From assembly GCF_002571385.2 (NCBI RefSeq), contig NW_019217869.1:361731-425730 (forward strand): a DNA stretch of 64,000 nucleotides, written 5' to 3'. Shown here piece after piece: positions 50,431 to 62,527 of this stretch; position 1 is the stretch's first letter, and each line of letters starts with the position of its first letter. The notes below the pieces were generated by a model that worked only from the letters and a program-made list of their open reading frames with translations, ran no database searches and was not told the origin of the DNA. The position numbers and the translations under genes are program-made. This stretch comes from Stylophora pistillata (taxonomy: Eukaryota).

Positions 50431-53400
50431 GATTTATACTGCGCCAGTATCCTACTGTTCAAAGGCGCCTACAGAAAACTTTAACGTTAACACTTAAGAC
50501 AGCTAATATTAATTATAAAAGGCTTTTCTAAAAAGAAAAGTTTTTAATCTACTTTTAAAAACAGACACAGACTGAGNNNNNNNNNNNNNNTCTTAAAATA
50601 ATATGTTGATTGACGGGAAGCCAATGAAGATTGAAAAGAACAGGCGTAATGTGATCATGCTTTTTTGTAAGTGTGACAAGGCGTGCCGCGGCATTCTGGA
50701 CGTGTTGTAGCTTTTTTATAGTGTAGGCTGGTAGGCCATACAAAAGAGAATTACAGTAATCCAGCTTCGAAGATACAAACATATGAACCAGCAATTCCGT
50801 AGTGGTTGCTGAAAGATATTTCCTGATATAGCTAATATTTCGCAAATGATAAAATGAAGATTTGCAAATGTCAGTAATATGATTGTTAAAGCAAAAATGG
50901 CTATCAAACATAGTGCTGATATTCCTCGCCTTTTGCACAGAATGGATAGTCTCACCAGCAACTGAAATCTCGTGAAGAAGTGGTCTTGGAAGATGTTTAG
51001 TGGAGATCACCAATAATTCAGTTTTGTCTTTATTTAATTTAAGGCCATTAACCATCATCCAATGATTGATTTCATTCACACAGCTCTCGATGCTAGAAAC
51101 CGCTAGATCCCTATCACCCGGTACGGTTGGTTGGAAAGACAAGTAAAGCTGTGAGTCGTCAGCATAAAAGTGATAGCTCAGCTTAAATTTCTTTACGATA
51201 TCTGAAAGCGGTGAAGTATAAAGCAAATACAAAATGGGTCCCAAGACAGATCCTTGTGGCACTCCACATTTAAGGTCATGTTTCGTAGAAGTACCACCAT
51301 TGATGGAGACATATTGCGTGCGATTCGATAAATAAGATTGCAACCATAATAGAGGCTTTCCAGCTATCCCAAACCGTACATTCCACAGAGAGTACAAATA
51401 TAGACTATACTTTCTAGTATAGTATTGTGTGGTGGGGACAAGATCAGCAACAAAATATCTATTTTGCTCAACATAACCTGTTCCAAAGCACTCTTCTCAA
51501 AAAGTCTCTTTAAACTAAAGTGATAGTTGTGGCAAAATTTTGTACCCAGTATTTAAAAATAATTCAGGGAACCAGCCAAGATGGATAAAGGGGGTAAGTT
51601 TCTAATTAAAAGAAACTGTGGTGCTGTGTCAGTTGGGGTAACAAGGTAATATGGTTTAAACAACTTAGTTGGTAACATCAGCTTTTAAACTCTTCACAGT
51701 GGCCAATTTACATTATCAACTAAGTTGATAAAACCAAACAGCCTCTATGGAGTCTGGGAGAGATTCTGTATAAATGTCTCTGACTGATGTGAATTAAATT
51801 ATTGTACATTTACGTATTAAAAATATCCTGTTACCTGGATCATCTGCAGGTTGAAATTCCTTTGAGTCTGTGTTCTTGACATGCCAATCCAGAATGCGAC
51901 CAACAAATGGTGAAATCAGGGTGACACCTGCTTCAGCACATGCTACTGCCTGAGATGAGAGAAGAGAAAGGAGAAAATTACAGCAAAAGGTAAAATGTTG
52001 TTGATTATGTGTATGTTCACCTGAACACCTAGAATTTAGTGGTAATAATTTTTTTGCAACAAAATGGTAGGTCTAAATTTTGGGCTGATTTAAAGGGGAA
52101 TGCTATGACTGGCTCATCTTTTTTTTTTTTTTTTCAAACAAAACACCTGTTATGTTTGAACTGAGGTGACACACATGTATTTAGTGGTGTGTTCATTGTA
52201 GTGTATAACCTGCTCCCTGTACACAAGTAAGTGAAAGATTACCTGAGCAAATGAGAAAAGAAGGGTCATGTTGCAGTGGATACCTTCTTCTTCAAGCTTC
52301 CTGAAAAGTGAAGCATTTTTTACAGCGTAAAATACTTATAAAATGATTCCATAAAGGTAATCCATTGCATTAGCCTTCTACTGGCTGGAGCAACTCTAAA
52401 TCACTGCTACATGAAAGCAGAAGTTATGGAAGAAAATATAGTGGTCGGACCGCGATTTTGGAGTTGGTGGATTTAAACAAATTAGATGCAACATTTTATG
52501 ATGAAATAGTTCATGAAGAAAATAAAAATAGAGCCTCTAAGAGAACAACGTTTGAGGCTGTTAAGGCTACTAACCTTGCAGCTTCAACTCCTTCCCAAGT
52601 TGTGCTGAGCTTAATAAGGATTCTCTCTTTGCTGATTCCTGCTTCTTCATAAAGCTTTATAAACTTTTTTGCTTTCTCAATTGAGCCTTCCACATCAAAG
52701 GATAATCTACAAAAAATTAAGTGAACAAAGATTCAAACTACATTTGACAACATGTTTATAACAAACTCTAGTTGAAATCCAAGATCTTAAAAAAAAGCTG
52801 AATTAATTAATAGCCATTTCTGACCACTATAACTGCAGAATTGTTTAATTCCCACTGTCTAATTATTACATGATAAAATTTATATTGCATGAGATATAAA
52901 TACTACATGGTTTACATTGCAAAGGCCTCTTTTTCACTGATATTAAGCTTATAACATATTTTAACCTTTAAAAGGAGACGAGAATGTCAGCTGTCTGTAA
53001 ACCCCGTGATTTAATACAACTCAGGTTCACTGACCTGGCATCAACCTCTGTTGAAACTCTGCCTGGGACCAGCTTCAGTATCTCAACACCAAAAAGAACA
53101 AACTAAAAAAAAAAGGAAAACAAATGAAAAAGAAAAGAAAATCTTGTTTGGAAGGGTACCAGTAGAAGATCACAATCACAAAAATAACGTAAAAAGCAAA
53201 ACTGAAGTTTTTCAATGCAAGTACAAATATTTTTGAATTTTTCACTCAGGTACAAACTACCTGGTTTGTAAATGCACACTGGCAATTCAAAATGCATTTT
53301 AAGCTATTGTATATTATACTGCAAATCTCTTAGCTGACACATGCACTGTCTTAGAGGGTTCAAAGGTCATTCTCCTGAGAACTTTGTGATTGGATGATTT

Positions 53401-55184
53401 TTGCCCATTACTTTTTTTTTCTGCTTGAAGATGGTTATTACCATGGCCATTACTATAGTCATGGCTGTGGGAAGCAAGACATGAAATCAGACCAAGAGGT
53501 GATGTCAGAGTTTTCTTGCTGACGAAACCCACAGTAAAGCTCTTTTCCAGAGAGGTCTCAATTATACAATTCAAAATGTCGAACTTACTATTTTATCCAT
53601 TGCTTCAGTTACTTGCTCTTCCGGAGTACTTGAGTTTGAAACAAAATTTTGTAAAGATTAGTACTGAGGCAAGACACTTTTATCTAGTGATTCTCATGGT
53701 CAGAATCCAACATGAAAATTGGGAAAATTTTCTACATCAAAAAGAGTGTGAAATTAGTTTCCTTTTGTTCTAAATTTCTCTCTTTCATTTTTCCCCCCTG
53801 TCTACCTTTTAAGCAAGCTCTAACAACACAAACAGCAAGACTGATAAACGTGTGATAGGAATTGGCATGACTCATGCAGGCCTGTTGCTTTGCCAACCAA
53901 CCAATCTGGGTTGCTTAGGCCTCTCAGTCAACTTTTTTGTCCTTTGTGTCTTTCTGACAGTCTTAACTGAGTACTGTGAATATTGTATTTCCTTCAAAAA
54001 GGACCCACCGCCTAGGCTATAATGTCATACAAGGGCCCTTCTTGAATAAATGCCCCCATCCCCTCCTCCCTCACTTTCTTAAATGGAAGGGAAATGAGGA
54101 AAATCTCTTTTTATTGCCTCTTTATTTATAACTCTTAAAGCTTAAACTACAGCTAAATCAGTACATGAGAAAAATTTGTGCCTCAATTAAGCACCCTCCT
54201 TCCAAAAGGAAATAGGGTGTTCTTAAACCTTTGCTAAAATCATTTTAGTAGTTATCCTAGACAAAAGGGATGGAGAACAATTGCAAAAGAAAAACTTAGA
54301 GGAGTTAAAAAAGGCAGAACTGATATGAGGCTGAGTGATCTGCAAATCTGGAACACTAGTTATTTTGTAAATCACACCTGCTGCACTGACTCAATAAAAT
54401 TGTTCCCAGTGGGGCAACCTTAGCCTTGACTGAAAAGGGAAAAGGGCGGTATAGATAGCAAGCAGAATTTTTGACAAAAACACTTGAATGTTAGTAACTA
54501 AATTTCTTCATAAAAATTCTTGCCTAAGAATCTATGGGGATAAACTGATATCCAATCCAAGAGTTTCTTGCCAGTTTTGTTAAGTTTTGCGTCCCCGTTC
54601 ATTGGAGCGAGCTTGCACGTGACAGTCTTAGTGTCACGATGGCCAAATATTGGCACACTGGGAAAAAACAAATTACGTAAGGCATCTTCCGATTGATATT
54701 GGACTATATGAATTATCCTGAACTCGTCATCAACAAAACAATTAACACTTGTATAACTTTTCCTGTTTTAATTCATACCAATCGATCACAACATGCAAAT
54801 CACATTCTTGCAAGTTCACCAGGCATGAAGCGTGACTGGTGTTTTGAGGTATTTTCACTCAAACTAGTAGAAAAGTCTCCAAGATTTATCCAATAATAAA
54901 TACCTTCTTCTTACCTTCCGTTTGATTTTCCATACTGAACTGCTTTTTCCATCAAGTGTTTGTACTGAGGCATTTTGGACGCAGCCAAGAGCAATGATGG
55001 ATTTGTTGTCGCATCAGTGGGTTTGTACTTTGAGATGGCTAAAACACAAAATCACACATCAGTCGAGCTATGCCAAGCAAGCAGCACATCCTTTGAAAAA
55101 TCATCTGTATCTCTTACATTCAAAATCGCCTGTATCAGCCACGACAGTGGTTAATTTCTTCAGCTGTTCAAGGGTGGAGGCCAT
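47143..55184 (-). CDS. TALDO1: Transaldolase, 321 aa; exons 55184-55118, 55038-54915, 53628-53589, 53102-53035, 52706-52575, 52300-52243, 51949-51835, 49657-49528, 48839-48772, 47306-47143
   Basis: [30 protein letters not shown], catalytic [48 protein letters not shown]; all nine introns GT-AG and in phase. Confidence 0.96.
47543..47788. mobile_element. 246-bp CAGGG-terminal MITE in the last TALDO1 intron
   Basis: CAGGGCTGTAGC / GCTACGGCCCAG termini; inner ATGAGGCAAG / CTTGCCTCAT; GTAAT duplicated on both flanks. Confidence 0.8.
48474..48694. mobile_element. piggyBac-like MITE (TTAA-CCCTT...AAGGG-TTAA), family B
   Basis: TTAA flanks with CCC/GGG termini; related copy at about 34760-34965. 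Confidence 0.75.
49293..49504. mobile_element. piggyBac-like MITE, family B
   Basis: TTAACCCC..GGGAGTTAAAAGG; long match TTGATATTTTCTTTATCCTCATCACTTGTCTG with 61625-61813. Confidence 0.75.
49828..50354. mobile_element. Decayed pogo/Tc1-like MITE
   Basis: Ends TATAGTCAAACCT / AAGTTTGATTGTA approximate TA-CAGTCAAACCT TIRs. Confidence 0.5.
50395..51400 (-). mobile_element. 5'-truncated L2/CR1-type LINE with (TTA)n tail in TALDO1 intron 7
   Basis: [48 protein letters not shown]; microsatellite tail at about 50395-50427. Confidence 0.92.
51595..51740. repeat. Decayed relative of the element at 11931-12156
   Basis: AAGAAACTGTGGTGCTG and TCAGCTTTT..GTGGCCAATTTACATTATCAAC..GTTGATA blocks, with CpGs lost. 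Confidence 0.65.
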
Positions 55185-55378
55185 CGTTCCCGCCTGCTAC
55201 AGAAAACCAAATTGTAAATTTCTCAAAATTTTTCTTGAATCACGGGAATAATATGCTCAGCGGTTTTACAAATGAGCAAGTAAGGTAGATACCTCATGTA
55301 TCGAAACATGTATTGTACCATGAGCCGTCAACAACTCTCTTTTAAAAGCAGCGGTGTTGCCAAATTGCAAGATGGCGG
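55185..55378. promoter_or_regulatory. Bidirectional promoter shared by TALDO1 and the ankyrin gene
   Basis: Opposite-strand ATGs separated by 187 bp; YY1-type AAGATGGCGG at 55369-55378 overlaps the ankyrin start codon; locally CpG-richer. Confidence 0.7.
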
Positions 55379-58300
55379 ATGGAGCGCAGTTAACAAGCGC
55401 TTCGGCCACAGGCGATGAAAAGGTCAAGTTCTTTTCTTCAAAAATGTACGCCTTGTTTTGAAATTACACTATAAGGACATTCGTTATTTTTTTTAATCTT
55501 TTTTTTAAGGGTACTTTGGGTTCTTTTTTTAGGTAGTGAGGGCGATTTTAGATCAAGGAGTGGATGCAAACTCATTTTCACCAGACGGCTTCAGACCTCT
55601 TGGCATTGCAGCTTTTTGGGGTTACAGTAGCATTGTACAGCTTTTGCTAGATCGAGGGTGAGTGAAGTGGTCCTTTACTGTTTTGAGAAACAACAGAAGG
55701 CTTCAGACCCCTTTGCATAGCAGCTTTTTGAGGTTACAGTAGCATTGTACAGCTTTTGCTAGATCGACAGTGAGTAAAATGTTCCTTTACTGTTTTGAGA
55801 AACAATAGAAGGCTTCAGACCCCACTGCAACTTTTTGGGGTACACTACGTAGCATTGTACAGCTTTTGCAAGATCGGGGGTAAGCAAAATGTTCCTTTAC
55901 GGTTTTGAAAAACAACGGAAGTATCTTTATCTGTGGCACGTTTCATTTTCAGAATTACGAATACTTGTTTGCTTTCGATTTTCAGAGCCGACATTAATGC
56001 ATGCAACAGAGGCACAAATTGGACAGCCCTGCACTGTGCAACATTTCAAGGACATGGCAAAGTTATAATGCTTTTAATGAATCATAACCCAGATCTGACA
56101 ATTAGAGACAACCTTGGCAGGTAAAGGGATTATTACCATGTGAAAAAAAAAACAAGTAAAGGTGTTCTGATTTAAATATTTTCTTTCGATGAAACAACTC
56201 AAGGTAGTGAGTAACAGTGCTGTCAATTAGAGTCATCTTTAGCTTACCTCATTTCACCTCATTTTACCACCAGAGTTGTTGAAAAATCATGGGATTATTG
56301 AATACTATCAAAGTAATTTGTGCAACAGCCATTTCCCAGATTGAGCGGAACTGAATGCATAATTTACTAATAACAGGTTTAGATGTGTGAATCAATTCCT
56401 CATTCAGAATTTGCTAGGAGGCTTGTATGAAATTCTTGGAACACCTGTGATGTTTTACCTTAAAAGTTCCTGTATGTGCAATCTGAAGGGTAAAATGGTG
56501 TATCCAATAGGCTGACTACCTGCTGTTTCTTGTTTGCCTTCTATTTTTTTCATTTAATTGATGACTGGGCAATAATGTCATTGAGCTTCTCACCTTGAAA
56601 TAAAATCATGAGGAAGCCCTGACAACAGCAAAGAAAAAATCAGATTGAACTTCCATAAGAATCCTTGTTAAAACATTTATAGTGTTAAATGGCAGTATAA
56701 TTATAGTTTCAACAAATGTCATAAACACGTGAAATGTATATGCAGTGAATTATGCTACCTGGCAACACACTTAAAGATCATTTTGTCTATGTTGATAAGT
56801 TCATACTTTCCTGACCTAATTTTATTTCCAGGTCAGCAGTTGACTTTGCTTCTGCACTTGATGGAATATGGCCTTTTTTTGCAGGTTTGTGAATGAAACT
56901 GGTTTCTAATAAGTTAGTAAGTCATCCATGTAAACCAGATGTATTATCAAGCAGGGCTCGACACTAACGGTAGCTCATTAGCCCCAGACTAGTAGAAATT
57001 CAGTTTTGGCTGGTGGTTTTCAATTTCCACTAGCCAGTTTGGCTAGTAAACAGACTGAAATTGTTGTAACACCTAAAAACATCTTAGATGTCACTAGCCA
57101 CTAGGCTAGTAAGTTGAAAAGTTAGTGTCGAGCCCTGAATTCAAGGAAGGAAATATTTGAGAGTATTGTACCTTATGTCATTACCCAAGTTCTACTGTTC
57201 CATTTTATTCAATGAATGTTTTTCTTTGATTTATATGAGTTTTATTTATTGGATAAATACATGTGTTAGTTGCTGAGTGGTTTCCCTTACTTACTGGTAA
57301 TTGGTAAACATGTTTCTTTCTAAAAAGATATGAACATTTTAAATCTGATTTAGCTGCAGGATGTAAAAGGACACCCAAAGCTGAGCTTATTCAAATGGAT
57401 ATTGTAAAGAAGGTAAGAAGTTCTGTCAATCCATGGCTACATATCTTTTAGCATACTCTTTATAGGTATTTAAATAAGATTTATATATTCTGAGCATGTC
57501 GACATCTGCACTGATGATGTTGAAGCTCTATGGTTTGAATTATCTCAACCGAAAAGGAAAGAGATCCTTTTTGGGGTTGTTTTTTGACCGCCAAATCTAG
57601 ACACCACAGCTTTTATGGAAAGTACTGACAGGTTACTTCAGTGAATAACAGCACATTGTCTTTTGTTTTGCTGACATTTTAAGGTCACCATTGAAGAGGT
57701 TTCTTTGATCTTTTCCTTAGAGAAAAACAATGTATTGATTGGTCCTGTATTTCTCCAGCAATCTTGAAATTGTCCTCAATGGCCTCTACCTTAGCAACAA
57801 CATTTTAATTAAAGGTTAAGTTGCATGAAAAATGATGAGCTTTTGGTATGATGGTAGATTAGCTTTGAAGTCTAGATATGATTTAACCAATACATAAATT
57901 CATAAACTCCTCTACAGTTGCCTGAGTGTTTCCAGAGAGGGAAGATTTTAACTTTTATTTGATTAGAATTTAAGGTTATGTTTATTCATCTCACTTAGCA
58001 ATGTGTGTGGACCACTTCACAACATTTCAATAAAAGTTTTCAGTCTTGGCTTATAACCAAGTGTTTATGGTTTATTTTGCAATAGCTTCTGAAAGCTAAA
58101 AGTTTGGATCTTGGCTCATAGCCAGGATCAGTTTATAGGCAAATAAATATGGCTGTTTTAAAGATTATTATGTCAGTATCTTTACATGTAAATGATATTC
58201 CACTTATTAAGGTTAACTTAAAGTAAACTTTATTTTACCAGGGTGGCCAATCTGCCATAAGGTTGGTATCCAAAGGAGCCCTGGACTAAAAAGTACAATA

Positions 58301-60346
58301 ATTTAAAAATGTGATGAATGGTAATTTAAGAATACAGGATGTAATAATTTTCAATAATTTTTTTTAATAATCTTTGTAAAAAATTTAAAGCATGAAAGTG
58401 ACTCTGCAGTCTGAATAATTATAAGGAGGCAACAAAATTAAAAAGGGCTGAGCCTGAATATTTAAAAGTTCATTTCTCAAGGCCTAGCTTTGGTTTGGAT
58501 AGGTGCAAATGAGTTCTGGTGCAAGTGTCATAGCTATGTACAGTGTAGTTTCTAATAAAATAGCTACATATACTGAGGTACTAGCTTAATTAAGCATCTA
58601 TAGACTAAAACACATTGTGTCTTTTCTGTTTCATTTCTTACTCTGCCCACCCTCAAACACTGAAAATGTCTTTAGAGGAGTCGCACCTGAAAACAATGCC
58701 AACATTTTTGTAAAATGTTGATGGGTTTTTCTGCTACTCATCAACCACTGCTTGACTCTTTTGAGGTCTTGATTTTCTCTGATGATGTTGATATCAGACC
58801 CAGTAAAATAGATCACTGTGCCAGAGGCATACATACTTAAATCCGAGTGCCGCAAACATCAAGACAAAGTTTTTAAGTATATCACAATGCTCCCAAAAAG
58901 GAACCTTGAGGAGTGCCAAGTCTAGAGGAAGGCTGGATGATAATTCTTTTCCTTTTGAACTTTCTGTGAATGTGTATTCAATTAATTTCTGAACCAGTTA
59001 AGAATACATCCTCTAACTTTGTAGTGCACTAGCTTGTGAAGGAGGCAGTGATGATCAACAAGATCAAAGGACTTTTTTTTAGATTGATAAAGGCAACACC
59101 AGTTAACTGTTGCCTGTCATAGTGTTCTAATGTATGATCAACCAGGTAGACAACTGCAGTTTCAGGTGAGTGGAATGCTTCTTGTGGAAACCGAATTGAA
59201 AAACTGTTAGAACTTTCTTTTTCATCAAGAAAGGTCAACAGTTGAACTTGAATTGCATGTTCCATCACTTTAAGATACTGAAATTGGGTGATAGCTATTC
59301 TCGTCAACCTTCCTCCCAGTCATATAACATGTTTATTTAAGAATAACAATAACAATAAATCCTTATTCCCCTGGCTCCGCAGATAGCAGTGCTAATCGAG
59401 GCGGGCCAGGATAATCAGTAAATTGGAGTTACTGATATATAGTCTGTAATTTTTGATGTTACAGGTTGAAATTGGACAAGAAAAAATTCCAAACACTGAT
59501 AGAGCATACTTTTCTCGTCCTGGTTCAGCATATATTTTCAAGACACCAACAATGCAAGGGGATAGAACACAGCATAGCTATCAGGTATAATGTTATATCT
59601 TCACTTGAAAGGTGGATAGTGAGCAGGAGACAATTGCGCTAATTAGTGTGTGAACAGGAGACAATCGCTTAAACGAGTAGGATCATGGCGTTCATTACAA
59701 TTCTTTGCACTACGAGATCCTTTTGTGCTATTTGCGATCGACCATTTTTGTATATATTAGTTATAGTTTAGTATTCTGTTCGTATTAAGTTTTCTTCATT
59801 CCTCAGAGAGTGTGGTTCACTTAAGGTTTGGTCTTGTAATCGAGTGAAATAGAATAAAATGTTTTTCTGGTGAACAGATAGATGTAGCAGTAATCATAGC
59901 AAAGCCACTGACAGTGTTAAATTAAAGCAGTAGAATAAGGTGGAAAACATTTTCAGCTTTTTGAGCAGCTGCTATCAATTCATAGTCTGTTAAAAAATGC
60001 AAATCATCTGTAATGATGGTTGTATAACTGTTTAGTTTATCCAAGAGATTGTCTTCTCTCATGATGTATTTCAGTCAAGAGATGGATCTTTTGCTCTTTG
60101 AATGCTATATTTTGCTAGATTCAAATTAAGGTTCTTGACTTATTTTGAAAAAATTGAAACACATTCATGTTATTTGTATAATTTATTATTCATTTCTCAG
60201 TATTAGGAAAAGTCTCAACACATCTGTATGTATTATGTTCATAGCAACAAGCTGCATTAAACAATGGTGATGTCTTAACAGCTAGCGATCCTTCACCTAG
60301 CAGCTCTTGCATGGACAGCCCTGCATTCTCAGTGTGGAGGAGCTGA
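55372..60346 (+). CDS. Ankyrin-repeat protein, 214 aa; exons 55372-55422, 55533-55657, 55986-56120, 56832-56884, 57354-57412, 59465-59584, 60245-60346
   Basis: ANK motifs DGFRPLGIAAFWGYSSIVQLLLDRGADIN, WTALHCATFQGHGKVIMLLM, DNLGRSAVDFA; all junctions GT-AG and in phase. Confidence 0.88.
55587..55921 (+). repeat. Tandem triplication (3 x 112 bp) of the 3' half of exon 2 plus its splice donor
   Basis: GGCTTCAGACC..AGCATTGTACAGCTTTTGC..GT(G/A)AG..TCCTTTAC starting at 55587, 55699 and 55811. Confidence 0.93.
56952..57137. mobile_element. 186-bp MITE family A in ankyrin gene intron 4
   Basis: Perfect 17-bp TIR CAGGGCTCGACACTAAC / GTTAGTGTCGAGCCCTG; colinear with 2932-3117. Confidence 0.9.
58220..59310 (-). 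mobile_element. Highly decayed LINE RT fragment in ankyrin gene intron 5
   Basis: Remnants HSPETAVVYLVD, GVAFINLKK, LGTPQGSF, SMYA and 3' UTR; many frameshifts. Confidence 0.7.
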
Positions 60347-61624
60347 TAAACGGTTTTCTATTGAGAGCTAAGGAAGGAGGGAACTTTACAGTTTGAGATG
60401 CTTTCTTTTTCGAAACTCAAGGGGAAGATCTAAGGAAATAGAGAACATTCCTGACCATTAATCTCAGATTTCAAGAAGAAATGGAGTCATAACTTGCAGT
60501 GGTGTTGACACTTCAACCAAAACTGCATATTAAGAGATGTTTCTCAATGAGACAATAATCAATAATTACAGATACAATTACACAGGAAAAAATAGAATGA
60601 GATGAATGAAGCACACTGTGTTCATAAATTTATGTATCTTGCTGATGGCTGGCTCACAGGACTTTGTCGTATAGCCATACCAACAACTTTTAAGATGTAG
60701 CATTGTAGTGGTATTACAATGTTATCTATGGGCTGAAGTCCAGGGAAACTTTGTCAAGCTTTCTATAGCATTATCCATGATAAAAAAAGCATTACTGGAA
60801 TACACAAAGTGATATTTTTGATACAATTGTATTTCTATTTTTTGTGTGATGGAAAAATGTTTAACCGAGAGTGAATACTAGAACAGGTAAATTATGGTGC
60901 TTTTAGTATGCAGTCACCTTAAATTCTGCTTCATAGATAGCTGAATAACATTGAGTGAAATTTCCTCACCAGTTATAATAATATAAATTTTAAAATTTGC
61001 CTCAATTAGATTGCTTTTTCAGGTTTCAAACTTTTGTAACTCAACTTTTGCCAAAAAAATCAATTAAATTTAGTCGCCTTATCATGTGATCTTTTTTAAG
61101 TGCATGTGAAAATTGTACCCTCAGCAAAGAGGAAGTGATATTTCATTTTCCTTGACTTCATCTAAATCAATATTTTGAATGACAGTTATATATTGCTCAA
61201 CACTGCCCCTCATAAATATTGAGTAAAATGTTCTTAATTACTTTTTTTTGGCAACACGTTGTTGAAATACTAACTGTTGACTTTCCAAATCCTAATGTTT
61301 TTATATGCCCTTAATGTTCTTGTTATATTTAAGAATGTTGGTTTGATCCTAGATGATCTGTGGTGGTAAGGTATTAAATACTGTACTTCTTTTTCATATT
61401 ATCTTGGTCTTTTTGGATATTGGCAACAATGATGTATACCCAGTAAGTTACATGCTCTGATCATAGTCTAAAGGAAGCATTGTGCTCATTTGAATTTAGG
61501 GGTTGTAAGAACTATTGAATGTAATAACTTTTGGAAACATTGGTTGTCTGTAAGAACAATAACAATCAGACAATTTTCATTGTAGAGTCTTGGTAATGAT
61601 TTATTTTTTGCCTCACTGGTCCTT

Positions 61625-61813
61625 TTAACCCTTTCAAGTGCAAGATCTAATTTGTAATTCTCCATACTTTCTTATGATTGATGTTAGATTGAAGAATTTA
61701 TTATTGGATCGACTTATAATCCCCCAGTTGATATTTTCTTTATCCTCATCACTTGTCTGTTCAATTGTGCAGAGAAATTTTGTCTTGGTCACCTGTGGGA
61801 TTTGAAGGCTAAG
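61625..61813. mobile_element. piggyBac-like MITE, family B
   Basis: TTAACCCTTT start; colinear with 49293-49504. Confidence 0.7.
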
Positions 61814-62527
61814 TGATAGAAACCTCTATTAATTTTAATTACACACAGTCATACAACAGTAACCAAAATTTTATTACACATTTTTTTGTCGGTTGTGGTC
61901 GCCTTTAGTGATTTTTGCCATTTTCCAATTGGCACTTCAAGTGATTTGTTTTAAGTTGGTTGAAAACTCAATTGAAAAAGCAATTCAACAGAGGCATCTT
62001 ACTTGAGAAAGTGAAATGAAACTGACTTTCACAAAAGCATTGTGACATATTTATTCTTTATAATCCATCTGAGGTATTTTGGAGGTTCATAATGGAATTT
62101 AGCATGGGATTTCGCGGACATGTCTTGAATCTATGTACATCTCAATCTCTCACTTCAATTGCATGTAACGCTCCACAGATATTATTATCGTCATGATGGT
62201 ATTCTGTTCGGTACCAGTTTTTGAAATAATCATCGTTAAAGAGTAGCGTACTTTGTAATGGTTTTGTAAGAAATAACCTCTTTTAATTGTGGTTTTAATG
62301 TAGCATTAGAGGAGCCACCAATGCCTGAAGAGCAAGAATTTATACCAAAAAATGGAAAAACAACGTTGCCAGAATGTGTGATGCTGTAACCACGTCACCC
62401 AGATCTCTCCGAGTCTGTCACGTAACACTTTAATATCACTACTTTCGAACATCGAACTTACGACATGTCGCCACGCATGAATTAAACGTTTTTTCTCTTT
62501 AAGTTCTTTACTAATTTATTTATTACC

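Noticed and set aside
55587-55921. CRISPR-like array (also considered 14327-14444 and 38666-38957)
   Set aside because: Whole units are duplicated with no unique spacers; eukaryotic context; no cas genes.
57480-57640. Plus-strand LINE endonuclease remnant (EALWFEL..ILFGVVF) as a twin-priming inversion of the LINE at 58220-59310
   Set aside because: It lies on the 3' side of that element, the wrong position for a 5' inversion; more likely a separate decayed insertion.
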